Positions 49,511 to 59,079 of a stretch of DNA of 64,000 nt are shown piece by piece (position 1 is the first letter of the stretch; every line of letters begins with the position of its first letter). A program made the position numbers and the translations under genes. The notes under the pieces are model-generated. The model saw nothing but the letters and a program-made list of their open reading frames with translations. It did no database searches and was not told where the DNA came from. This DNA is from an uncultured Bacilli bacterium. Lineage in GTDB: Bacteria > Bacillota_I > Bacilli_A > RF39 > UBA660. Where the stretch lies: NCBI GenBank assembly GCA_934098745.1, contig CAKOPG010000009.1:51-64050 (forward strand), given 5' to 3'.

Positions 49511-50326
49511 ATGGCTAAATTTTACAAAATAAGTACAGACGGTATGTTTAAATCTATCTTTGAAAACGAAAACAATAAGCATCTATTAGAAAGAATAATT
49601 GAAGAAGTAATTAAAGAAAAAGTAATTATTACCAAATTACTAGTACCAGAACTAAGAAAAAATAAAATAACTGTAAAAGGAAAGACTTTAGACGTATTAG
49701 TAAAAACAGATAATAAAGAAATTAATATAGAGATTAACTCTTCAATGTATGATGATATTAAAAGAAGAAATGCTGGATTTATTTTCAGAAGATATAGTGA
49801 TTCCGTTGGTATAGGGGGAAGTTATGATAAAATGCCAGGGTTTATTCAAATAAACTTTTCAGCTAATTTAGGAAAGAATTATCCCATGGTAGCGGAATAC
49901 AATTTATATGATGAAAAGGCAAAATTAATGTTCATTAACAACTTCAAAATATATGAAATAAATCTTGAAAAGTATAAGAAGTTTTGCTATGATAATAATA
50001 TCTTAAGTCTCATATCAATGCTCGATATGGACTATGGAGAATTAATAAATGTTAAGGGTGATAAAGATATGGAAAAATTAAGAGATGAAGCACTAACATT
50101 AAATAATGATTCAGAACTTTTAAATTATTTGTCAGATGAAGAGGAAGAAAAATTAATTAAAAATACATACATATCAAAGGGCATTGAAAAAGGTATTGAG
50201 CAAGGTGTTGAGCAAAATAAAATAGAAATGGTTAAAAAGATGCTAAAAGAAAACATCGATATTAGCATTATATCTAGAATATCTGGATTAAGCAAAAGTG
50301 AAATAGAGAAGATTAGAAAAAATTAA
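49511..50326 (+). CDS. Rpn/YhgA-like PD-(D/E)XK nuclease family protein (TIGR01784-type putative transposase)
   Basis: N-terminal DGMFKSIF...LL and KGKTLDVLVKTDNKEINIEINSS (D...ExN core in place of ExQ/K). The C-terminal GIEKGIEQGVEQNKIEMVKKMLKENIDISIISRISGLSKSEIEKIRK repeat-plus-HTH tail is typical of the family. Own promoter: TTGACA (49464-49469), 17 nt, TATAAC (49487-49492). Confidence 0.75.
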   Translation: MAKFYKISTDGMFKSIFENENNKHLLERIIEEVIKEKVIITKLLVPELRKNKITVKGKTLDVLVKTDNKEINIEINSSMYDDIKRRNAGFIFRRYSDSVGIGGSYDKMPGFIQINFSANLGKNYPMVAEYNLYDEKAKLMFINNFKIYEINLEKYKKFCYDNNILSLISMLDMDYGELINVKGDKDMEKLRDEALTLNNDSELLNYLSDEEEEKLIKNTYISKGIEKGIEQGVEQNKIEMVKKMLKENIDISIISRISGLSKSEIEKIRKN

Positions 50327-50421
50327 TCTTTTCCATGAAGTAATACATAATTGCGTTAGTCCTCTGGGATAATCTAAAATTAATCCTTGTAGTTACTCTT
50401 CTTACCAATTCATTGTATCTG

Positions 50422-50500
50422 CTATTGTTTAATTTTTAAAAATAGTATATAATACTTAACAGGTGAACAAGTATGGAAAGATTACAAAAAGTAATAGCTG
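50422..50500 (+). repeat. Right direct repeat (functional rluB promoter and start)
   Basis: Partner of 47961-48039. Contains the rluB -35/-10 elements, RBS and first codons. Confidence 0.9.
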
Positions 50501-51189
50501 ACTTAGGATATTCTTCAAGAAGAAAAGCCGAAGAACTAATCCAAGAAGGCAAAGTTAAAGTAAATGGAATAACCATTACAAAACTAGGTACTAAGGTAAA
50601 AAGTAGCGATACTATTGAAGTAGAAAACACTATTTTAGATAACAATAAAAATTATGAATATTATCTTTTGAATAAGCCCCGTGAAGTAATTTCTTCTGCT
50701 CGTGATGAACACGGTAGAACAACCGTAGTTGATTTAATAAAAACAAGCCAAAGAATATATCCTATAGGAAGACTTGATTATGACACTACTGGAATAATTC
50801 TTTTGACAAATGATGGTAATCTTGCTAACAAACTAATGCATCCATCTAGTAAAATTGAAAAAAAATATGTAGCTAAAGTAAGTGGTTTGGTTACTGGGTA
50901 TGATATAAAAAGGCTTCGCGAAGGCGTTATCGTAGATGGCAAAATTACTGCTAAAGCCAAAGTAGATTTGAAAAAATATGATAAAAAAACAGATAAATCT
51001 CTTGTAGAATTGACTATTCATGAAGGTAGAAACCATCAAGTCAAAAAAATGTTTGAAGCCATTAATCATGATGTTATAAAATTAAAAAGAGAAAAATACG
51101 CTAATCTGGATTTAACTGGTTTAAAACCTGGAGAATATCGTCATCTAACTAACAAAGAAATAGCTGTTTTATATTCATTAGTGAAGTAA
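50473..51189 (+). CDS. rluB: Pseudouridine synthase, RsuA/RluB family
   Basis: N-terminal S4 domain (RLQKVIADLGYSSRRKAEELI) and the catalytic RLDYDTTGIILLTNDG. Confidence 0.9.
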   Translation: MERLQKVIADLGYSSRRKAEELIQEGKVKVNGITITKLGTKVKSSDTIEVENTILDNNKNYEYYLLNKPREVISSARDEHGRTTVVDLIKTSQRIYPIGRLDYDTTGIILLTNDGNLANKLMHPSSKIEKKYVAKVSGLVTGYDIKRLREGVIVDGKITAKAKVDLKKYDKKTDKSLVELTIHEGRNHQVKKMFEAINHDVIKLKREKYANLDLTGLKPGEYRHLTNKEIAVLYSLVK

Positions 51190-51191
51190 AA

Positions 51192-51686
51192 ATGTTAAAT
51201 AGTATTATTTTCTTAGACATCGATGGTGTTTTAAATTCAGATAGTACCTTTAAAGAAAACGAAGGCTTTAGTAAAGCTATTTCAAAGTTACCAAAAAATA
51301 GCTCTCCTTCACCCCTTTATTTAAGTCAAATAAATGATTTGGATAATAATAAAATATCTCTAATTAAAGAATTATCCCATGTTACAAATTCCAAAATTGT
51401 TATCACTTCAACATGGAGAAATCTAAAAATATGGCCATTAATAGAAGAATATCTAATTACCAAAGGTTTGCCCGTTATTGATACAACCCCATATATAGAG
51501 AATAATCGTAGCAAAGAAATAGCTACATATCTAAAAGAACATCCGGATATTTCCAATTTTATAATTATTGATGATGACTTCTTTCCCGGATATGAAGAAT
51601 ATTGCGATAAATTTATTCATCCTAGTTTTTATCAAGATGGCTTTACCGAAGAACATCTAGAATTAGCTAAAACTCTCTTAAAGTAA
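51192..51686 (+). CDS. HAD-like hydrolase domain protein
   Basis: IIFLDIDGVLNS motif I and IIIDDD motif IV-like. 164 aa. Confidence 0.5.
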   Translation: MLNSIIFLDIDGVLNSDSTFKENEGFSKAISKLPKNSSPSPLYLSQINDLDNNKISLIKELSHVTNSKIVITSTWRNLKIWPLIEEYLITKGLPVIDTTPYIENNRSKEIATYLKEHPDISNFIIIDDDFFPGYEEYCDKFIHPSFYQDGFTEEHLELAKTLLK

Positions 51687-51829
51687 TTAATATTAAATAA
51701 TAATAAATTAATAAAAAAAATCAAGAGTTCAAATACAAACTTACTTTACTCTTGATTTTTTATCTATTCTTATTTAAATAAAATCCACTTATCAACGTTT
51801 AAACATCTATCTTCTCATTAGTTGATAAA

Positions 51830-52426
51830 TTACTTATTCTTTGCTTTTTTTCTTTTTTTATCTTTATCCATATCAATACTAATATATTTTATTAAAGTTA
51901 TCACTTGACATATAATCGTAACAATTGAAGATATAAAAATAACTTTAATATTGGTTTCAGGAATGTACACTAAAATTAATGTTATTGATAATAGTGTCGT
52001 TTTAATTTTTCCTATAACAGTTGATCTCGGATGATTTCCTTTTGCCTCGGATAACAAATTGGTATAACTAATAGCTATTTCCAGTATCAAATTAAATAAT
52101 AAAATATAACATTCAAATACAGTTGGAATTACCAAACTCATCGCAAATATTTTATCGCAAACTGCATCGAGTTTTACACCGAACTCCGATACATAATTAT
52201 ATTTTCTAGCTATTCTCCCATCTAAAAAGTCTGTTATAGCAAAAAATATCAAAGCTCCAATAGCAATCTTTATTTCCCCTAAAAGCATTGATGGAATAAT
52301 TATAAAAGGGGATAATGCCCTAGAAAAAGTTAACATATTAGGAATTTGCCTTTTAATATTACCATTCTTAATATCTTTTATCTGTAATTTAAAATCTTTA
52401 AAAAACTCTTTTATCATTTTTTTCAT
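51830..52426 (-). CDS. CDP-alcohol phosphatidyltransferase family protein
   Basis: DFLDGRIARK...GVKLDAVCDK matches D(x2)DG(x2)AR...G(x3)D(x3)D. Multi-TM. Confidence 0.8.
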   Translation of the reverse strand: MKKMIKEFFKDFKLQIKDIKNGNIKRQIPNMLTFSRALSPFIIIPSMLLGEIKIAIGALIFFAITDFLDGRIARKYNYVSEFGVKLDAVCDKIFAMSLVIPTVFECYILLFNLILEIAISYTNLLSEAKGNHPRSTVIGKIKTTLLSITLILVYIPETNIKVIFISSIVTIICQVITLIKYISIDMDKDKKRKKAKNK

Positions 52427-52622
52427 CTTAACACCCCACAAACTACTTCCTTATCAAATTATCCTTATTATATCCAATTAAAATTCAAAAATCAATTACC
52501 AATTCTATTTTTCCTCATCTTTCTAATAAATCTATATATTAAATACTAAATAAAGTATATTTATCCCTCTTAAAGTTATCATAACTACATAACCATAGTT
52601 ATTTTAAATATAAGAAAAGAGA

Positions 52623-52883
52623 CTATTTCGTCTCTACAATTAACTTAATAGCAGTCCTTTCATCTCCATCTATCACAATATCTGTAAATGCTGGAATACA
52701 TACCAAATTTTTACCAGATGGTGCCACAAACCCTCTTGCAATTGCAATTGCCTTAATAGCCTGATTAAGTGCTCCGGCTCCAATAGCCTGTATTTCTACA
52801 GAGTCTTTTTCTCTAAAAACATTAGCAAGCGCTCCGGCTACTGAATTAGGATTAGACTTTGTTCCTACTTTAAGTGTTTCCAT
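52623..52883 (-). CDS. spoVS: Stage V sporulation protein S
   Basis: 86 aa. METLKVGTKSNPNSVAGALANV...IQAIGAGALNQAIKAIAIARGF is near-canonical SpoVS. Confidence 0.9.
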   Translation of the reverse strand: METLKVGTKSNPNSVAGALANVFREKDSVEIQAIGAGALNQAIKAIAIARGFVAPSGKNLVCIPAFTDIVIDGDERTAIKLIVETK

Positions 52884-52999
52884 TGTTTTCACATTCCTTT
52901 CTTTATACACTTAACTATATGATATTATTTTAAAAAAGATACTAACAATTTACATTTGCCCTCTAGTTTGCTATAATTAATTATAAGGAGATGATTGTT

Positions 53000-54160
53000 A
53001 TGTACCGTAATACTTATGTAAATATAGATAACCAAGCCTTAACTGATAATGTAAAAAAAATAACTACCCATTATAAAAATTACCAATATTTTATTGGCGT
53101 CGTTAAAGCTAATGCCTATGGCCACGGTATATATATCGTAAACGACCTAATTAAAGGCGGTATTAACTATCTAGCAGTCTCATCCCTTGATGAAGCTCTA
53201 GAAATAAGAAAATATAATCAAGATATTCCTATCTTGGTATTAGAACCCATTGATTTAAAATATCTAAATATTGCTGAAACTAATCATATTACTATAACTA
53301 TAGATAGCCTAATATATACAAAAGAATTATTAAAAAATAAATTCCAAAATATAAAAATACATCTAAAACTAGATACCGGTATGAATCGTTTAGGATTTAA
53401 AAATAAAGAAGAATTAGAAGAAGCCGTATCATTACTTAAAAAAAATAATTCTCTTGAAATAGAAGGAATATATACCCATCTAGCTACAAGCGGATATAAT
53501 GATAAATACTATGACAAACAAATAGCTAAATTTATGTATTTAACTACAAATATCGATTTATCTTCAATAAAAATAGTCCATCTAAACCGTTCTATTACCT
53601 TATCTAATCATACCATGTTACCATTTGAAACAGGTACTCGCCTAGGTATTATTATGTATGGTTTTAATCAATGTTTAAAAGCTCCAACCGGACTTAGAAA
53701 AATTAAATATAACATTATAAACCAACTAAATCATATAAGTAAAACTAGTCCTACCAACAACTTTAAACTAAAAGAAGCATATAGCTTATACACTGAAGTA
53801 ATGAGTATCAGAAAAGTTTCTAAAGGAGAATTTATTGGTTATGGAGCATCATATAAAGTAACTAAAGATGAATACATTGCTACCCTTCCAATAGGATATG
53901 CCGACGGCATTAACGAAAACTTTAAATATGTTTATATAAATAACTTACCATATAAAATAGTTGGTACCATATGTATGGATATGACAGAAGTACTTATAGA
54001 TGATACTATAAATATTCATGATTTAGTAGAAATAATTGGTCCCAATCAAAATATTAGAAAGGTCTCTAGAAACTTAAATACTAATGCTTACCACGTTTTG
54101 ACCATGATAACTTCAAGAGTACCACGAAAATATCTCGATAATAAAATAATTAAATATTAA
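53000..54160 (+). CDS. alr: Alanine racemase
   Basis: PLP-lysine context VVKANAYGHG and a C-terminal beta domain with TICMDM. Confidence 0.85.
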   Translation: MYRNTYVNIDNQALTDNVKKITTHYKNYQYFIGVVKANAYGHGIYIVNDLIKGGINYLAVSSLDEALEIRKYNQDIPILVLEPIDLKYLNIAETNHITITIDSLIYTKELLKNKFQNIKIHLKLDTGMNRLGFKNKEELEEAVSLLKKNNSLEIEGIYTHLATSGYNDKYYDKQIAKFMYLTTNIDLSSIKIVHLNRSITLSNHTMLPFETGTRLGIIMYGFNQCLKAPTGLRKIKYNIINQLNHISKTSPTNNFKLKEAYSLYTEVMSIRKVSKGEFIGYGASYKVTKDEYIATLPIGYADGINENFKYVYINNLPYKIVGTICMDMTEVLIDDTINIHDLVEIIGPNQNIRKVSRNLNTNAYHVLTMITSRVPRKYLDNKIIKY

Positions 54161-54174
54161 AAAGGATGATGTCT

Positions 54175-55410
54175 ATGAAATTTAATGTTTTAATCATTGG
54201 CAGTGATGCTAACGCCTACTACTTAGCCAGATGCTATCATGAACTATATCATAAAAAAGCCTACGTATTAGGAAAAGATCCACTTCCATTTACCAAGTAT
54301 TCAAATATTATTAATCATATTTATGATAAATCTATTTGGGATGAACAAGGTTTCTTAAATGCTATTTATAAATTTAAAGAAGAGCATAATAATTATAAAA
54401 CCCTTCTTATTAGTTCCAACGAAAGCTATGCTAAGTTTATATCTAAAAACAAACTCAAACTTGAAAAAGATAACTTTGTTTTTAACTATCCAGATATATC
54501 TATTATTGAATCTTTAATAATGAAAGAAAAGTTTTACAAAACATATAAAGATTCCTGTTTATCTCTTCCTAAAACCTACTATTTCAATTGTTCAAAAGAG
54601 ACCCAATTTAAAGAAAAAATGACTTACCCAGTTATTCTTAAACCTAGTAATGTCATTATGTATAATCACATATCATTTGTTGGTAAAAACAAAATTTATA
54701 AATTAGAAAATAAAGAAGAATTAGATAACACCATCCAAAGAATTATTGAAAGTGGTTATACAGATTATTTAATCATTCAAGACTTTATTCCGGGAGATGA
54801 TTATTACCTGTTCGATGCTGTTGCATATTGTGATAAATCTAAAAAAGTAAAAATGTTATCTTTTGCCCAAATAGGCCTTCAAGAACATAGCAAAAATATG
54901 GTTGGTAATGCCGCCGTTTTAATCAATGGTTACAATCAATTTGGTAACACAAAAGAAATAGAAAAAATCATGCGTAAATTTCTTGAAGACATTGGTTATC
55001 AAGGATTTGCCGAATTCGATTTAAAATATGATTATCGTGACAAAAAATTTAAAGTCTTAGAAATAAATGCTAGACAGGGTAGGTGTAGTTATTACATCGA
55101 TCCTCTTGGATATAATCTTATCCAAGTTTTGGTAGATGATTTAATATATAATAAAAAAATGGAATATAAATTTCTAACAGATGAAGTACTATTATCTTTC
55201 GTTCCTAAAGGCGTTGCCAAAAAATATATTAATAATCCTGCCTACTTAAAAAAAGTTATGTCTTTGTGGCATAAATCTAGAGTCAATCCTGTAAAATATT
55301 CCCACGATCATAATTTTTTAAGAAAATTATACCTATTAAAAAAACAGTATAGATACTATAAAGAATACAAAAATAGTTACTGGAAAGTATCAGATAAGGA
55401 GATGAAATAA
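54175..55410 (+). CDS. ATP-grasp carboxylate-amine ligase (D-aspartate-ligase-like)
   Basis: Pre-ATP-grasp N-domain (VLIIGSDANAYYLARC), PVILKPSN, and the LEINARQGR Mg-ATP motif. Confidence 0.6.
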   Translation: MKFNVLIIGSDANAYYLARCYHELYHKKAYVLGKDPLPFTKYSNIINHIYDKSIWDEQGFLNAIYKFKEEHNNYKTLLISSNESYAKFISKNKLKLEKDNFVFNYPDISIIESLIMKEKFYKTYKDSCLSLPKTYYFNCSKETQFKEKMTYPVILKPSNVIMYNHISFVGKNKIYKLENKEELDNTIQRIIESGYTDYLIIQDFIPGDDYYLFDAVAYCDKSKKVKMLSFAQIGLQEHSKNMVGNAAVLINGYNQFGNTKEIEKIMRKFLEDIGYQGFAEFDLKYDYRDKKFKVLEINARQGRCSYYIDPLGYNLIQVLVDDLIYNKKMEYKFLTDEVLLSFVPKGVAKKYINNPAYLKKVMSLWHKSRVNPVKYSHDHNFLRKLYLLKKQYRYYKEYKNSYWKVSDKEMK

Positions 55411-55411
55411 T

Positions 55412-57247
55412 ATGTGTGGTTTTGTTGGCTTCGTAGGCAAACAAAAAGTTCCTACTAAAAACAAAATTATTAAATCTATGGCTGACGCTATAATTCATCG
55501 TGGACCAGATAGTGATGGTTACTATACAGATGACTTTGTTGCTCTAGGATTTAGAAGATTATCTATAATAGATTTAGATGGTGGTTCCCAACCGATATAC
55601 AACGAAGATAATACTAAAGTCATTATCTTTAATGGAGAAATTTATAATTATAAAGAGTTAAAAGCTGATTTAATTAAAAAAGGCCATATCTTTAAAACTA
55701 ATACTGATACCGAAGTAATCTTACATGGTTATGAAGAATACCAAGAAAAACTCTTTAAAAACCTTCGTGGTATGTTTGCTTTTGTCATATATGATATAAA
55801 AAATAATACCCTAGTTGGTTGCCGTGATCATTTTGGTATAAAACCATTCTATTACTATAAAAATGGTAAAGAATTTATGTTTTCCTCAGAAATTAAAGGT
55901 ATGATTCCTCATCCTGATTTTAAAAAAGAAGTAAATGATAAAGCCCTAAAAATGTATTTAATATTTCAATATTCTGTTTTTGAAGAAACATTCTTTAAAA
56001 ACGTTTATAAATTAAAACCAGGTCATTATTTCAAATATCAAAACGGAGTTCTTACTATAGAAAAATATTTTGATATTTTATACGAAAAAGAAAATAAATC
56101 TTATGAAACTTATAAAAAAGAAATAAAGGACGTTTTAGCCTCATCTATTAAATACCATCAAATAACTTCCGATGTTGAAGTAGGTTCCTATTTATCTGGT
56201 GGTGTTGATTCCTCATACGTCGTTAGTGTTGCTAAACCTGATAAAACATTCTCCGTAGGTTTTGATGAATCAGGATTCGATGAAACCAAAATGGCTCAAG
56301 AGTTTTCCGATTTAATGGGTGTAAAAAATTATAGTAGATATATCTCTAAAGAAGATTTCTTTAAAAGTCTTCCTAAAGTAGAATATTATACAGATGAACC
56401 TCATGCCAATCTTTCAACCGTTCCCTTGTTATTCTTATCTGAATTAGCCAGAAAACAAGTAAAAGTTGTCTTATCAGGTGAAGGTTCTGATGAAATGTTT
56501 GGCGGTTATAACGAATACCTCGAACCCCTTCCTGTAAAAATATACATGAATATGCCAGGTTTTATCAAAAAGCCAATAGCCAGTATTGCTAAAAAACTTC
56601 CCCATTTTCCTGGTAAAAATACCCTTATAAAATATAGCCATTCATTTTGCGAAAGATATATTGGTCATGCCAGTATCATGACTGAAGATGAAGCCAATAA
56701 CATTTTAGCTGATAGATTGAAAGATAATATGACGACAACCGATGTCTTAAAACCGTACTATGAAAAAGTAAAGCATGAGAATGATATTGTAAAAAAAATG
56801 TATATTGACATGCATTTCTGGCTTCCCCAAGATATCCTTCTAAAAGCTGATAAAATGACTATGGCCAATTCTATTGAACTAAGAGTTCCCTTCCTTGACA
56901 AAGAAGTATGGGAAGTTGCTAGAAAAATACCTACCAAATATCTAATAAGAAAGAAGAAAACTAAAGAAATATTCCGTAGCGTAGCGGATGAAGTAATGCC
57001 TGATGAATGGTCTAAACGAAGAAAATTAGGTTTCCCTGTACCATTTTCTAAATGGATTAAAGAAGAAAAATATTATAATCTTATTAAAGAGGCCTTTAAC
57101 CAAGATTATGTCTCTAAATATTTTAATAAAGAATATATCAATAAATTATTAGAAGATCATTATCATAATATCGCTAATAATGGACGAAAAATATATAATA
57201 TTTATATCTTCTTAGTATGGTATAACGTATATTTTAGTGAGGCTTAA
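55412..57247 (+). CDS. asnB: Asparagine synthase (glutamine-hydrolysing) family amidotransferase
   Basis: N-terminal MCGF nucleophile and PP-loop SGGVDSS. 611 aa. Confidence 0.9.
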   Translation: MCGFVGFVGKQKVPTKNKIIKSMADAIIHRGPDSDGYYTDDFVALGFRRLSIIDLDGGSQPIYNEDNTKVIIFNGEIYNYKELKADLIKKGHIFKTNTDTEVILHGYEEYQEKLFKNLRGMFAFVIYDIKNNTLVGCRDHFGIKPFYYYKNGKEFMFSSEIKGMIPHPDFKKEVNDKALKMYLIFQYSVFEETFFKNVYKLKPGHYFKYQNGVLTIEKYFDILYEKENKSYETYKKEIKDVLASSIKYHQITSDVEVGSYLSGGVDSSYVVSVAKPDKTFSVGFDESGFDETKMAQEFSDLMGVKNYSRYISKEDFFKSLPKVEYYTDEPHANLSTVPLLFLSELARKQVKVVLSGEGSDEMFGGYNEYLEPLPVKIYMNMPGFIKKPIASIAKKLPHFPGKNTLIKYSHSFCERYIGHASIMTEDEANNILADRLKDNMTTTDVLKPYYEKVKHENDIVKKMYIDMHFWLPQDILLKADKMTMANSIELRVPFLDKEVWEVARKIPTKYLIRKKKTKEIFRSVADEVMPDEWSKRRKLGFPVPFSKWIKEEKYYNLIKEAFNQDYVSKYFNKEYINKLLEDHYHNIANNGRKIYNIYIFLVWYNVYFSEA

Positions 57248-57248
57248 C

Positions 57249-58886
57249 ATGGGAAAACTAAAAAAATCATCCTTTTTAGAAGGCGCTTTCATTGCTACTC
57301 TTTGTATTATTATAACCAAAGTATTGGGAGTTCTCTATGTTATTCCTTTTTACAAAATAATTGGTAAACAAGGTGGTACTCTATATGGCTACGCCTATAA
57401 TATTTATAATGTTTTTCTAATCATCTCTTCCGCCGGTATTCCCCTAGCTATTAGTAAATTGACAAGTGAATATAATACCCTAAAAGAATATGATAAAAAA
57501 ACACGAATGTACCACTTAGCTACCTATATCATTATGACCTTCTCAATATTATCATTTATTATTTGTTTTACCTTTGCTCCTAATTTATCCAACCTAATAA
57601 TTGGTGAATTAGAAGGTGGTAATACCATAAAAGATGTTACTTTCGTTATTCGCTTAATATCCTTTGCCCTTCTAGTCATCCCTTTTCTAAGTATAGAAAG
57701 AGGATATCTCCAAGGACATAGACATATCTTAGAACCATCTATTAGTCAAGTAATCGAACAAGTAGTAAGAATAGCTGTCATCTTAGTAGGTAGTTATGTT
57801 TGTACTTACACCTTAAAATTACCAACAAGATATGGTGTAGGTGTATCTGTCTTTGCTGCCTGCATTGGTGGTATAGCAACATTCATATATCTTCACTCCA
57901 TTGTTAAAAAAAATAAACATCAAATAGGTCTTGATAATAAAGTAGCTAAAGATAAAACAAGAGATAAGGAAATAATCAAAAAAATAGTAGCATATTCCAT
58001 TCCTTTTATCATTATCAATTTAGCCAATACGCTATATACATCAACAGATATGATACTAGTAATACGTACACTTCCTAAATTAGGATTTAGTGCTACTGAT
58101 ACCGAGTTTGTCTCAAGCGTATTTACTACTTGGGGCGTTAAATTTAATACCATCATTACTTCTATTTCTACTGGATTAATAGTTAGTTTAATACCTAATA
58201 TGGTTAAAGATTATACTGAAAAAAATTATCAAGCTGTTAATAATAATTTTAATAAATGCCTAAAAATAATTCTCTTCATTATCGCTCCATTAGCTATTTT
58301 TCTAAGTTGCATGTCATCAAGCATGTGGAACGTTTTCTACGGATCAAGTACCATAGGACCAAAAGTAATTAAATATACCATTCTAGTAACAATATTTGAC
58401 TGCTTATATATGGTAATTAACTCTTTATTGCAGAGCCTAAATAAATCTAAAATGATATATTTAAGTGTTATAAGTGGCCTAATAATAAATCTTGCATTAG
58501 ACATTCCCATGATGTATCTCTTTAACGCTCTACAATTACCGGCATACTATGGAGCTATCTTTGCGACATTCTTAGGATTTCTCGTATCAAATACCATAAG
58601 CATTATCTATCTAAATAAAGAAATGTCTTTTAAATATCATGAAACTATTAAAACTATTCCAAGATTTATCATATCTATAATAGTCCTAATAGTTACAATC
58701 AGTTTATTAAAGATTGTTCTTCCAATAGATAGTCCAAATCGATTAATCCAAGTTATTAATCTCTTAATAACAGGTCTAATATCTTTAGGTTCATATCTTT
58801 TAATCAACTTTAAATATCTTAAAGAAATATTACCTCAAAAAGTATTAAAAAAACTACACCTAGATTTTCCTAAAGAAAATAATTAA
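57249..58886 (+). CDS. MOP-superfamily flippase (MurJ/SpoVB/YtgP-like)
   Basis: About 14 TM helices and an N-terminal SFLEGAFIATLCIIITKVLGVLYVIPF pattern. Overlaps the asnB stop. Confidence 0.7.
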   Translation: MGKLKKSSFLEGAFIATLCIIITKVLGVLYVIPFYKIIGKQGGTLYGYAYNIYNVFLIISSAGIPLAISKLTSEYNTLKEYDKKTRMYHLATYIIMTFSILSFIICFTFAPNLSNLIIGELEGGNTIKDVTFVIRLISFALLVIPFLSIERGYLQGHRHILEPSISQVIEQVVRIAVILVGSYVCTYTLKLPTRYGVGVSVFAACIGGIATFIYLHSIVKKNKHQIGLDNKVAKDKTRDKEIIKKIVAYSIPFIIINLANTLYTSTDMILVIRTLPKLGFSATDTEFVSSVFTTWGVKFNTIITSISTGLIVSLIPNMVKDYTEKNYQAVNNNFNKCLKIILFIIAPLAIFLSCMSSSMWNVFYGSSTIGPKVIKYTILVTIFDCLYMVINSLLQSLNKSKMIYLSVISGLIINLALDIPMMYLFNALQLPAYYGAIFATFLGFLVSNTISIIYLNKEMSFKYHETIKTIPRFIISIIVLIVTISLLKIVLPIDSPNRLIQVINLLITGLISLGSYLLINFKYLKEILPQKVLKKLHLDFPKENN

Positions 58887-58979
58887 TTTAAATTAATAAC
58901 CTATTAAATGATTTCTGCATTTTACAGTAATCATTTTTTCTATATATAAAAATCCCTATACCATAAGGTTAAAAATTAC

Positions 58980-59022
58980 TTGACATAAAATAAAAACAAC
59001 TATACAATTATATTGTATAGTT
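58980..59022 (+). promoter_or_regulatory. rny promoter overlapped by an 11-bp perfect inverted repeat
   Basis: TTGACA (58980-58985), 17 nt, TACAAT (59003-59008). AACTATACAAT-TAT-ATTGTATAGTT spans 58998-59022. Confidence 0.55.
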
Positions 59023-59079
59023 TAAATTTTAATAATAATTTTTTCTATAAAATAAATATACAAGAATGGAGGTGTTCAC

